NCBI RefSeq assembly: GCF_000175255.2
Contig: NC_017262.1
Span: 960,001-992,000 of the forward strand
Direction: 5' to 3'
Length of the DNA stretch: 32,000 nt
From: Zymomonas mobilis subsp. mobilis ATCC 10988
GTDB taxonomy: Bacteria; Pseudomonadota; Alphaproteobacteria; Sphingomonadales; Sphingomonadaceae
Numbering within the stretch: the first letter of the stretch is position 1; the number at the start of each line of letters is the position of its first letter. This document shows positions 16,332 through 24,719 of this stretch, piece by piece. Below the pieces are notes generated by a model. It made no database searches. It saw only the letters and a program-made list of their open reading frames with translations, and was not told the DNA's origin. The position numbers and the translations under genes were made by a program.

Positions 16332-17756
16332 TTACTGCGGTATAGGTGTAGCGTCCGAATTGTTCGGCTTGAGGCAGGCTTTGTGATTGATGAAGTCGAG
16401 ATAGAGGTCAGCTTTTTCAAGAATTGTAATTGTCATGACTTTAGAAAATATGCGTAGTTTATCTTTTTGTACAGATTTTTGTCTTTTGCCGTAGTCAATG
16501 CCATCAATGGAAAGATTGCCATCTTTTAAATAAATAGAAGCGGTTACTTTCGTTCCGTCAATTTCTTTACTAATTTCAAAAGATTGTTTTTCTTCTTCAG
16601 GGGTAAAATCAGGTTGGAAGAGCATAAAGCTAAAACGGGCATCGCTCTGGCTAAGATCAATAGCCGCCATCTCGGTCTTTCCTTGCCATGTGATCGGATA
16701 TCTTAGGGCATAAAAACGGCCGTCAAATATGCTGCCAAGTTGGATGTCTTTCTGACAGTGACAGTCAATATCTTTTCCGAAAGTGAAATGTTGCCGATCT
16801 ATTTTTATTTTGCCTAATTTTTGAAGAACCATCAGACCAAGAGAAGCTTCATCCGTATTTGTAAACAGGAACGGGACATTTTTTAAAACCGTCGTCCCGA
16901 TTTTTAGCTCATCAACAATACCAAGATCGCCGTTATAGGCTTCGCCACGTCCATTGGTCGCTATTTCAATATGTCCGACGATATGGACGTGAGGCGAATG
17001 GCTTAAGGCTTTGGGTAAGAAACTAATTGCGGTATCTGTTCCTAAGAAAAATGAGAAATCGGTTCCGTTTAAAGATGCGGTTAAATAAGGGACATTCCAA
17101 GTACTGCGCCTATAGCCTTCTTGGGTAAGTTTCTGAGATTGTAGAGGCAGTGTTTGCTGCTGATCTATTCCGGTAACGGTGAAGGGGGGTATCTCACTGG
17201 GGGGAACTGAAAGGTTGCCCATTTTAATATCGAAAAGAGAAAATTGCTCTAATCCTGCAAATTTTCGGATCGGAGGGTAGTAAGTATTTTTGATGTCATC
17301 AATTTTTTTACCCCATGCAGCAAGATTGCCTTCGAGAAAATAATTTCCCGCCAAGAGCTGATCACAGATCATGGCACCCAGATTTATAGGCGAAAGATGT
17401 ATCCCGCTGCCCTCCATGAAATAGGTTTTATGGCAAATCTCGAGCTGCCTATCCGCTTCTTTGAAGTCGCCTTTGGTTCTTAGTAAGTCTGTATTTATAA
17501 ATTTTTTTTCAAAGCTGGTGCGCTTGGGATCATCGATCATTTTTTGGAGATGAAGGCTATCTCCTTCGTAAAGGGCTAAGGTGCTTTCATCGCCACCAGG
17601 GGCGACCTTTAGCCCTTCCTTTAAAGTTTGAGGGCTTTGCTGTTTTAGAAAGTCAACCAGTTTGGAAGAGGGAAGGCTCTCCTCAGCTTTGACTTTAGAA
17701 AAGGCTAAAAGTTCAGAAAAAAGAAATAGAGTAAGAAATAGATATTTTTTTAGCAT
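16332..17756 (-). CDS. P7: exported two-lobe retropepsin-like paralogue, first gene of the array in transcription order
   Basis: MLKKYLFLTLFLFSELLAFSKVKAEE signal peptide, unlike the other copies. The body is near-identical to P6. The ORF track's upstream start (17798) is probably too early. Confidence 0.87.
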   Translation of the reverse strand: MLKKYLFLTLFLFSELLAFSKVKAEESLPSSKLVDFLKQQSPQTLKEGLKVAPGGDESTLALYEGDSLHLQKMIDDPKRTSFEKKFINTDLLRTKGDFKEADRQLEICHKTYFMEGSGIHLSPINLGAMICDQLLAGNYFLEGNLAAWGKKIDDIKNTYYPPIRKFAGLEQFSLFDIKMGNLSVPPSEIPPFTVTGIDQQQTLPLQSQKLTQEGYRRSTWNVPYLTASLNGTDFSFFLGTDTAISFLPKALSHSPHVHIVGHIEIATNGRGEAYNGDLGIVDELKIGTTVLKNVPFLFTNTDEASLGLMVLQKLGKIKIDRQHFTFGKDIDCHCQKDIQLGSIFDGRFYALRYPITWQGKTEMAAIDLSQSDARFSFMLFQPDFTPEEEKQSFEISKEIDGTKVTASIYLKDGNLSIDGIDYGKRQKSVQKDKLRIFSKVMTITILEKADLYLDFINHKACLKPNNSDATPIPQ

Positions 17757-17799
17757 AAATATTTCCGTTTTTAGAGCAATGAAGCATTCATGCTGCATT

Positions 17800-18216
17800 C
17801 TAGAAAGGTAAAGGTAAACCTATCCCTATTGTACCAGAAGTACCATTTGATGGACTATGGCTAATAGAAGTTGTTAATTGTCCCAAATTAGTTAGCGGAA
17901 TTTTATTCAATTGTAATGATCCTCCCACTCCGGGAGGAGATACCGAAGAATAATTGCCATAAATTTTAGCACCAAGATTATTATTTTTACACTCTAGTAT
18001 CGGTTTTATATTAAGAACATGATGATTAATTTCTCCGCCAATATCTAATGTACAGGCATTATCGTCATTATAGCGATTATCTAAGGGTTTATAACGATAG
18101 CGATCCGATGGATTTTGAGGCTGCGAATTTAAAAAATTTAATAGACTTTGTGCTAATATCGGTTTTTTATCAGAGATCATCAGATCTTTATTATTTTTTT
18201 GTGAATTGTTGTCCAA
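17800..18216 (-). CDS. Small hypothetical protein upstream of the array; start TTG 18216 or ATG 18180
   Basis: 138-aa ORF ending ...NYSSVSPPGVGGSLQLNKIPLTNLGQLTTSISHSPSNGTSGTIGIGLPLPF*. Same strand as the array, 43 bp before the P7 start. Confidence 0.55.
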   Translation of the reverse strand: MDNNSQKNNKDLMISDKKPILAQSLLNFLNSQPQNPSDRYRYKPLDNRYNDDNACTLDIGGEINHHVLNIKPILECKNNNLGAKIYGNYSSVSPPGVGGSLQLNKIPLTNLGQLTTSISHSPSNGTSGTIGIGLPLPF

Positions 18217-18343
18217 TTTTATACTCCATTCATTAATAAAAGTGATATGGAGTGGTGTATCTGTTTTTATCCAACAATTATTATATGAAATAACATTTTT
18301 ATTTGAGATATTGGTTCGTGCGGTGATGGGTGGCTGAACTGGC

Positions 18344-20131
18344 TTGCCTTTTTCCTATTCTATTGAGATAGCCAATTTTGTGACTTGGATTTTTGCATTT
18401 CTGGCCGGATTTGTCGCGGCCTTGGGATTACAGCCTTATAATCTTTGGGGATGCAGTCTTGTGGCTGTGGCTGGATGGCTGGCCTTATTGCGACAAACCC
18501 AAAAGACTTGGCAGATTTTTGCCCTTAGTTGGCTTTTTGCTTTCGGTTTTTTCTGGTTAGGGCTGGACTGGATTGCGACTTCTTTTACCCATCAGGCTGC
18601 GATGCCGTCATGGTTAGGTTGGGTCGCGGTACCTTTATTATCCTGTTATTTGGCCTGTTATATTTCTCTTTTTACTTTGCCCCTTCGTTTCTTATGTCTT
18701 TCTTTCCGGCGAGGCGAAAAAAGAGTGGATTCTTTTCAGTCGTCTGATGGGATTGGGGATGGTGCGGATTCCGAGGATATCGATGCTATTCCTTCCCGTC
18801 TTTTTCCTGTTGAGAATGACGCGGCGGTAGCGCGTGAAGGGACGATGAAAAGCCGTTTTTTTGTTGGGTCTGCTGCTTTTTGGTCTGTGCCTGTTTTCAG
18901 TATATCTTTGTCGCAAATACCGCTTTGGCGTTTGACGCTGGCCTTGGCGGGATGTTTGACATGGGGCGAATGGATAAAATCATGGGTTTTTACTGGATTC
19001 CCGTGGAGCCCGTTAGGAGCAATCTGGCTGAATATCCTGCCCATAGCGCATATCGCCCGATGGATCGGGAGTTACGGCCTGTCGGCTCTTGTGGTTATTG
19101 CCGCCGGTATCGGATTATCTTGTTATGACGGAATCAAATTAGCCATAGAGAAAAGACAGGCGAGGCAGGCTATCCGGTCGCTCCTTCCTGCGTTTTGGAT
19201 GGCTTTACCTTTTTTAGGATGGGCGTTGGTCGATGGTCATGACATCCATTGGCAAAAATCAGAGCAGCCGCCTGCTCATGTGGTGATTGTCCAGCCGAAT
19301 ATCCCGCAGGATGAAAAATACGATCTCCGTTATAAATCTCGTCATGATGCTATTTTCAAGAAATTGTCAGGGAAGAGTGATCTCCATTATCCCCGCCTGA
19401 TTTTATGGCCAGAAGATGCGGTTCAAAGCTATCTTGAAGAAGAGCCTTTGGCACGGGCAGCTTTGAGCCGTTTATTGGGCAAAAATGATCTGTTGTTGAC
19501 GGGGGGCGATGCTTTGATCCCCGATAATTCCGGTCATATCGCTTCGGTTCGGAATAGTTTATTTGTCCTTGACGCCAAGGGCGATATTTTAGACCGCTAT
19601 GACAAAGCCCATCTGGTGCCTTTCGGGGAATATATGCCTTTTCGGAAATGGGCGGCCTATGTCGGATTAGGGCGGTTGGTCGCTGGTGATATAGAATTCA
19701 CCGAAGGGGCGCAGCCTGAAAGTCTTGATCTGGTGCCTTTTGGTCTGGTCGGGATTCAGATTTGCTATGAAATCGTTTTTTCCGGTCGAGTAGTTGATCG
19801 CGCCCATCGCCCCGATTTCATTTTCAATTTGTCCAATGATAGCTGGTTTGGTCGATCGGGCCCGCCCCAACATTTGGCACAAGCGCGATTGCGGGCGATT
19901 GAAGAGGGGCTGCCTATCGCGCGAGCCACTTCTACCGGTATTTCTGCGGTGATTGATGCAGAAGGGCGTATCCTGCAATTTTTGCCTGAAAATACCGAAG
20001 GACGGCTTTTAGCGGTGATGCCGAAAGCGTTGCAACCGACCTTTTTTGCCCGCTACGGCAACCTGATTAGTGTGCTTTTTGCCACGGCTCTGTTGCTCAT
20101 TGCCCTGTTTGGGCGTATTAAGTTACGCTAG
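18344..20131 (+). CDS. lnt: Apolipoprotein N-acyltransferase
   Basis: Multiple TM segments followed by a nitrilase-like domain: LILWPEDAV, DRYDKAHLVPFGEYMPFRKW, VGIQICYEIVF, DFIFNLSNDSWFG, QHLAQARLRAIEEGLPIARATSTGISAVID. Confidence 0.95.
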   Translation: MPFSYSIEIANFVTWIFAFLAGFVAALGLQPYNLWGCSLVAVAGWLALLRQTQKTWQIFALSWLFAFGFFWLGLDWIATSFTHQAAMPSWLGWVAVPLLSCYLACYISLFTLPLRFLCLSFRRGEKRVDSFQSSDGIGDGADSEDIDAIPSRLFPVENDAAVAREGTMKSRFFVGSAAFWSVPVFSISLSQIPLWRLTLALAGCLTWGEWIKSWVFTGFPWSPLGAIWLNILPIAHIARWIGSYGLSALVVIAAGIGLSCYDGIKLAIEKRQARQAIRSLLPAFWMALPFLGWALVDGHDIHWQKSEQPPAHVVIVQPNIPQDEKYDLRYKSRHDAIFKKLSGKSDLHYPRLILWPEDAVQSYLEEEPLARAALSRLLGKNDLLLTGGDALIPDNSGHIASVRNSLFVLDAKGDILDRYDKAHLVPFGEYMPFRKWAAYVGLGRLVAGDIEFTEGAQPESLDLVPFGLVGIQICYEIVFSGRVVDRAHRPDFIFNLSNDSWFGRSGPPQHLAQARLRAIEEGLPIARATSTGISAVIDAEGRILQFLPENTEGRLLAVMPKALQPTFFARYGNLISVLFATALLLIALFGRIKLR

Positions 20132-20323
20132 TCTTGATATAAGGAAAGATTTATATCTTTATATTCTATCTTTCTATAGCGTGTCACTTTTAGATGGGGA
20201 TTGGCTTTGGGGAAGAAAAATCTGCCTTAAAGGGCGAGATGTTTATTTTTTCCTCTTTCTGATCGGGAAACTGTCAGGCCAGCTTCATTTTTAGGTTTAA
20301 CAGATAAGGAAAATCCTTTTTCT

Positions 20324-21499
20324 ATGCGTAGCAACTACCTGTTTACGTCCGAGAGCGTGTCCGAAGGCCATCCCGATAAGGTTGCTGACCAAATTTCTGA
20401 TGCCATCGTCGATTTGTATCTTTCCCGTGACCCGGAAGCCCGCGTCGCCTGTGAAACGCTGGTTACCACGCAGCGCATCATTATCGGCGGTGAAGTCCGT
20501 TCGGCTGTTCCGGTCAGTGAAGAAGAAATCGAAAAGACGGTTCGTGAAACCGTACGTGAAATTGGTTACGAGCAGACCGGATTTGATTGGAGAACGGCTG
20601 AATTCGCTAACCATCTGCATGCGCAGTCTGCCGATATCGCCCAAGGTGTCGATGCCGGTGAAGATAAAGACGAAGGCGCGGGAGATCAGGGCATTATGTT
20701 CGGTTTTGCTACCGATGAAACGCCTGACTATATGCCAGCGACCCTTTATTATGCCCATCGTATTCTGGAACGTCTGGCTGAAGACCGTCACCAGAAAAAA
20801 GTCGATTTTCTGGAACCTGATGCCAAAAGTCAGGTGACTTTGGTTTATGAAAATGGTGTGCCGGTCAGAGCTTCTGCTTTGGTTCTGTCCACCCAGCATA
20901 GCCCAGCTTTGAGCTCGAAAGAAGGTCAGGCTAAGCTGCGCGACTATGTCAAATCGGTTTATGAAGATGTTCTGCCTAAAGGCTGGATGCCGGATGACAA
21001 AGCCATTTTCGTTAATCCGACCGGCTTGTTTGAAATCGGGGGCCCTGATGGTGATGCCGGTTTAACGGGTCGTAAGATTATCGTTGATACCTATGGCGGT
21101 GCAGCGCCTCATGGTGGTGGTGCTTTCTCCGGTAAAGATCCGACCAAGGTCGATCGTTCTGCCGCTTATGTTGCCCGCTATCTTGCCAAGAACATCGTGG
21201 CCGCCGGTTTGGCCAAGAAAGTGACGATCCAGCTTTCTTATGCCATTGGTGTTTCTGAACCTTTGTCGCTTTATGTCGATACCCATGGCACCGGCACGGT
21301 TGATGAAGCCAAGATTGAAGAAGTCTTGCCGAAGCTGATCCGTTTGACCCCGAAGGGTATTCGCACCCATCTGAAGTTGAACAAGCCGATCTATAAGCCT
21401 TCTGCCGCTTATGGTCATTTCGGTCGTAAAGCCGATGGTGATTTCTTCCCGTGGGAAAAACTCGATCTGGTTGATAAGCTGAAAGCGGCTTTTGCCTGA
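20324..21499 (+). CDS. metK: S-adenosylmethionine synthetase
   Basis: [86 protein letters not shown]. Confidence 0.98.
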   Translation: MRSNYLFTSESVSEGHPDKVADQISDAIVDLYLSRDPEARVACETLVTTQRIIIGGEVRSAVPVSEEEIEKTVRETVREIGYEQTGFDWRTAEFANHLHAQSADIAQGVDAGEDKDEGAGDQGIMFGFATDETPDYMPATLYYAHRILERLAEDRHQKKVDFLEPDAKSQVTLVYENGVPVRASALVLSTQHSPALSSKEGQAKLRDYVKSVYEDVLPKGWMPDDKAIFVNPTGLFEIGGPDGDAGLTGRKIIVDTYGGAAPHGGGAFSGKDPTKVDRSAAYVARYLAKNIVAAGLAKKVTIQLSYAIGVSEPLSLYVDTHGTGTVDEAKIEEVLPKLIRLTPKGIRTHLKLNKPIYKPSAAYGHFGRKADGDFFPWEKLDLVDKLKAAFA

Positions 21500-21529
21500 T
21501 CTTGGAATTGTCTTTTGACATTATCCTTT

Positions 21530-21568
21530 GAAAAAGCCTGTTTCCTAAAAAAGGAGGCAGGCTTTTTT
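21530..21568 (+). terminator. Rho-independent terminator downstream of metK
   Basis: AAAAAGCCTGTTTCCTAAAAAAGGAGGCAGGCTTTTTT. Stem-loop ending in a T tract, located between convergent metK and rpoN. Confidence 0.85.
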
Positions 21569-21573
21569 GCAGG

Positions 21574-23073
21574 TTAGGCTTTTTGTGAAGCGCTGATCGC
21601 TTTTTGGCGGCGGCGTTGCACCGAGGAGCCTAGGCCGATAGCTTCTCGATATTTGGCGACTGTTCGGCGGGCGATGGCGAAGCCTTTGGCTTTTAGAAGT
21701 TCAACCAGCTTGTCATCGGATAGGATTTCTGCGCCTTCTTGAGCGATGAAGCGGGCAATATGGCTTTTAACGGCTTCGGCTGCGGCACCTTCTTCGGAAC
21801 CGCTGGATTGTATCCCGCTGGAGAAGAGATATTTTAATTCGAATATCCCCTGTTCGCAGGAAAAATATTTGTTGTTGGTAACCCGACTGACCGTTGATTC
21901 ATGCATGTTGATGGTTTCGGCTACCTGCCGTAGCGTCAGCGGTTTGAGCTGTTCGATACCTTTTAGAAAAAAGCCTTCCTGATATTGGACAATGGCTTCT
22001 GTTACCTTGATGATCGTGCGGGCGCGTTGATCCAATGCCCTTACCAGCCAGTTGGCGCTCGCCAATTTTTCATCTAGCCAGCTTTTTTGTTCTGCTTTGT
22101 CGGTTTTCTGGGCTTTTAATTCGGAATAATAAGCACGATTGACCAGCAATTTCGGAAGTGTGGCATTATTGAGTTCGATCGCCCAGCCGTCTTTCATCCG
22201 TTTAATATAAATATCCGGTGTAACCGACTGGATCGGCGCGGAACCAAATTTTAGCCCCGGTTTAGGGTTGTAATTTCGTAATTCCTGAATCATGTCGGCG
22301 AAGTCTTCGTCATCGACCTGACAGAGCTTTTTTAAACGGGGCAATGCTCCGCGTGACAACCATTCGAGATTGGTAATCAGTTTTCGCATCGCCGGATCAA
22401 GCCTGTCGGCTTCTTCCGCTTGAAGCATCAGACATTCTGCCAGATTGCGAGCGCCAACACCGGTCGGGTCAAAGCCCTGAATGACCTTTAAAACCTCCAA
22501 CGTTTCGTCTTCTGTAATATTAAGATGCGAGGCGATGGAAGATAAAGGCTCGGTCAGATATCCGGCTTCGTCAATCAGGTCGATCAGATGACAGGCAATC
22601 GCCAGCTTTTCACCCGTTAGGCATAATCTGGCCTGATGTTCCAGATGATCGGCTAGACTTTCCTGATTCCGATCCGTTAATTCCCGATCAAGGCCGTCAT
22701 AGCCTGAGAGTTGAATACTGTTTAAGCCTAGGCTGCCGTCCAATCCGCTTTCTGAAAAGCTACTTGGGTTATCGGCCGGACTATCGTGATGAAAAACTTC
22801 CTGTGCATAATCGGCATCAAGGCTGTCCGCCGGATCGTTATACTCTGCCGGATTGTTCTCATCACTTTTTAGGTCTTCGGTTGAATCGGAGTGATTTTCT
22901 GTCCCGTTATCATCATTATGACTGGCTTCGAGAAGGGGGTTGCTGTTGAGTTCCTCGGCGATGAAACTTTCGATTTCAAGATTGGAAAGCGCAAGAAGAC
23001 GAATCGCCTGCTGAAGTTGCGGCGTCATAACCAAAGACTGGCTTTGTCGTATATCTAGTCTTGGACTTAGCAA
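21574..23073 (-). CDS. rpoN: RNA polymerase sigma-54 factor
   Basis: MLSPRLDIRQSQSLVMTPQLQQAIRLLALSN N-terminus; LKPLTLRQVAETINMHESTVSRVTNNKYFSCEQGIFELKYLFSSG; C-terminal RpoN-box-like ARRTVAKYREAIGLGSSVQRRR. Confidence 0.97.
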   Translation of the reverse strand: MLSPRLDIRQSQSLVMTPQLQQAIRLLALSNLEIESFIAEELNSNPLLEASHNDDNGTENHSDSTEDLKSDENNPAEYNDPADSLDADYAQEVFHHDSPADNPSSFSESGLDGSLGLNSIQLSGYDGLDRELTDRNQESLADHLEHQARLCLTGEKLAIACHLIDLIDEAGYLTEPLSSIASHLNITEDETLEVLKVIQGFDPTGVGARNLAECLMLQAEEADRLDPAMRKLITNLEWLSRGALPRLKKLCQVDDEDFADMIQELRNYNPKPGLKFGSAPIQSVTPDIYIKRMKDGWAIELNNATLPKLLVNRAYYSELKAQKTDKAEQKSWLDEKLASANWLVRALDQRARTIIKVTEAIVQYQEGFFLKGIEQLKPLTLRQVAETINMHESTVSRVTNNKYFSCEQGIFELKYLFSSGIQSSGSEEGAAAEAVKSHIARFIAQEGAEILSDDKLVELLKAKGFAIARRTVAKYREAIGLGSSVQRRRQKAISASQKA

Positions 23074-23120
23074 CCTGTCTTATCACTCCTGCTTATCAGT
23101 CAGTCAGGCGTCGCCGGATT

Positions 23121-23915
23121 TTAAAGGGTGAAATCCTCTCCGAGATAGAGCCGTCGGACATTTTCATCGGCAACCAAGGCCTCTGGCGTGCCTTGGAAAA
23201 GCACCCGACCCCCATAGATAATACAAGCCCGATTAACGATATCAAGCATTTCCCTGACGTTATGATCGGTAATTAGCACCCCGATTCCACGGTTGGAGAG
23301 GTCTTCGATCAAATCGCGGATATCGGATATCGAAATCGGATCAATACCGGCAAAAGGCTCATCGAGCAGCATGATGGACGGATTGGCGGCCAAAGCCCGC
23401 GCAATTTCGCAACGGCGTCTTTCACCACCGGAAAGCGCCATTGCCGGAGAATCATACAGTCTGGTCAGATGAAATTCGGAAAGAAGCTGATCCAGTCTTT
23501 CTTTACGGGCTTTTTTGTCGGGGTAATGAAGTTCAAGGACGGAATCGATATTTTGTGCTACCGATAAGCCGCGGAAAATAGAGGTTTCCTGCGGAAGATA
23601 ACCTAGTCCCAGAATAGCACGGCGATACATCGGCAGGCCGGTAATATCATGGCCGTCGAGCAATATTCGGCCTGCATCCGGTTTGACCAATCCCATGACT
23701 GAATAAAAACAGGTCGTTTTACCTGCCCCGTTGGGCCCCAATAGGCCAACGACTTCACCACGCCCAACATTTAAGGAAACATCTTCCAATACTTGCCGGT
23801 GATCGTAGGATTTCGCGATAGAAATAATGGATAACCCTTGCGATACACCTGAATCATAGGCTTCCGTAGAAAGGCTGTCCTTGGTTTTCCGGGCAGAAGT
23901 CATTCTCAAATCCAT
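23121..23915 (-). CDS. lptB: LPS export ABC transporter ATP-binding protein
   Basis: LLGPNGAGKTTCFYSVMGLVKPDAGRI, YLPQETSIFRGLSVAQNI, LSGGERRRCEIARALA, LLDEPFAGIDPIS. Adjacent to rpoN and lptA/C. Confidence 0.95.
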   Translation of the reverse strand: MDLRMTSARKTKDSLSTEAYDSGVSQGLSIISIAKSYDHRQVLEDVSLNVGRGEVVGLLGPNGAGKTTCFYSVMGLVKPDAGRILLDGHDITGLPMYRRAILGLGYLPQETSIFRGLSVAQNIDSVLELHYPDKKARKERLDQLLSEFHLTRLYDSPAMALSGGERRRCEIARALAANPSIMLLDEPFAGIDPISISDIRDLIEDLSNRGIGVLITDHNVREMLDIVNRACIIYGGRVLFQGTPEALVADENVRRLYLGEDFTL

Positions 23916-24017
23916 ATCGGGGAAAAGGCAGAAAAAAAGAGGCAGCTCGTTTAACCGATTGAAAAACAGGCAACCTTTTGGATGTTATCTTAGCGTATTC
24001 ATAAAGAAAATATGAAT

Positions 24018-24047
24018 GGGGAAAATAAATAACAACATATTTTCCCC
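24018..24047 (-). terminator. Strong hairpin in the lptA-lptB gap, possible terminator or attenuator
   Basis: GGGGAAAATA-(10 nt)-TATTTTCCCC, perfect 10-bp stem. AT-rich, T-containing sequence follows on both sides. Confidence 0.5.
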
Positions 24048-24117
24048 GATATATTTTTATTTTGGCCGTTGGATTGGTAACAAGATAGGCTTTTTATCAG
24101 GCTATTTTATCAAAATT

Positions 24118-24714
24118 TTATTGTTTTTTGTTATCCTGATTGGAGGGCGGAACCACGAAATGGCCGGTTACTCGTCCTTTGCCTTGGCTGCCATCGGAGC
24201 CGACAAGGCTGCCATCCATCGTGCCTTTTCCGGTGTTAAGATCGATAATTAACCTTGCCCCATGCACGACAGAATCGCCGCGCACCATTTCGACATGACC
24301 GACCAAGGTGACCAATCTTTTGGGCACGTCATAAATAGCAATTTCGCCTTTGGCCATTTCATCCGGTGTTTGAATGGTAACCCCACCAGAGGCATCCAGT
24401 CTTTGCATCTGGGGAGAGGCTTCACCGGTTTTCGAGTTTTTCGGCATGGTATAGGCAATGCGGACATAAGCCGCCGTGATGGTCATATCGGCCTGTCTTG
24501 CGCGGACATGGCCGGAATAAATGGCTCGATTGTCGTTATAAAGCACTTCGCTGTGATCGGCATCAATATCAATAGGGGCATTGGTATCGTGATGGCGGAA
24601 GCCCTGTGCCGACAAAGCAGATAAAGGAGTCAGGATCAGAGTAAATCCGCAGAGTGACAATGCCGCTGCTTTTAAGAAGGGAAGGGGCTTATATTTTTTC
24701 AGGCCGGAATACAT
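24118..24714 (-). CDS. lptA: LPS transport periplasmic protein (OstA/LptA domain)
   Basis: Signal peptide; PIDIDADHSEVLYNDNRAIYSGHVRARQADMTITAAYVRI...GEIAIYDVPKRLVTLVGHVEMVRGDSVVHGARLIIDLNTGKGTM. Confidence 0.9.
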   Translation of the reverse strand: MYSGLKKYKPLPFLKAAALSLCGFTLILTPLSALSAQGFRHHDTNAPIDIDADHSEVLYNDNRAIYSGHVRARQADMTITAAYVRIAYTMPKNSKTGEASPQMQRLDASGGVTIQTPDEMAKGEIAIYDVPKRLVTLVGHVEMVRGDSVVHGARLIIDLNTGKGTMDGSLVGSDGSQGKGRVTGHFVVPPSNQDNKKQ

Positions 24715-24719
24715 TGGCT

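Larger units (their letters stand above)
4624..18216 (-). other. Minus-strand array of eight tandem paralogues (P0-P7, numbered from the left) plus one small upstream ORF; candidate operon
   Basis: Stop-to-stop spacing is exactly 1482 bp for 9273/10755/12237/13719. The same 54-bp spacer separates adjacent copies at six junctions. C-termini end in LYLDFINHKACLKP...PxxQ. Confidence 0.9.

Noticed and set aside
4624-18216. Idea that the array is an integrated phage or retroelement because of the retropepsin similarity
   Set aside because: No reverse transcriptase, integrase, capsid or other phage genes. The proteins have signal peptides and no Gag/Pol context. The only mobile genes are IS5-type transposases that interrupt the array.
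21078-21521. 147-aa minus-strand ORF and 21062-21418 ORF opposite metK
   Set aside because: Fully antisense to a highly conserved metK; no domain signature.
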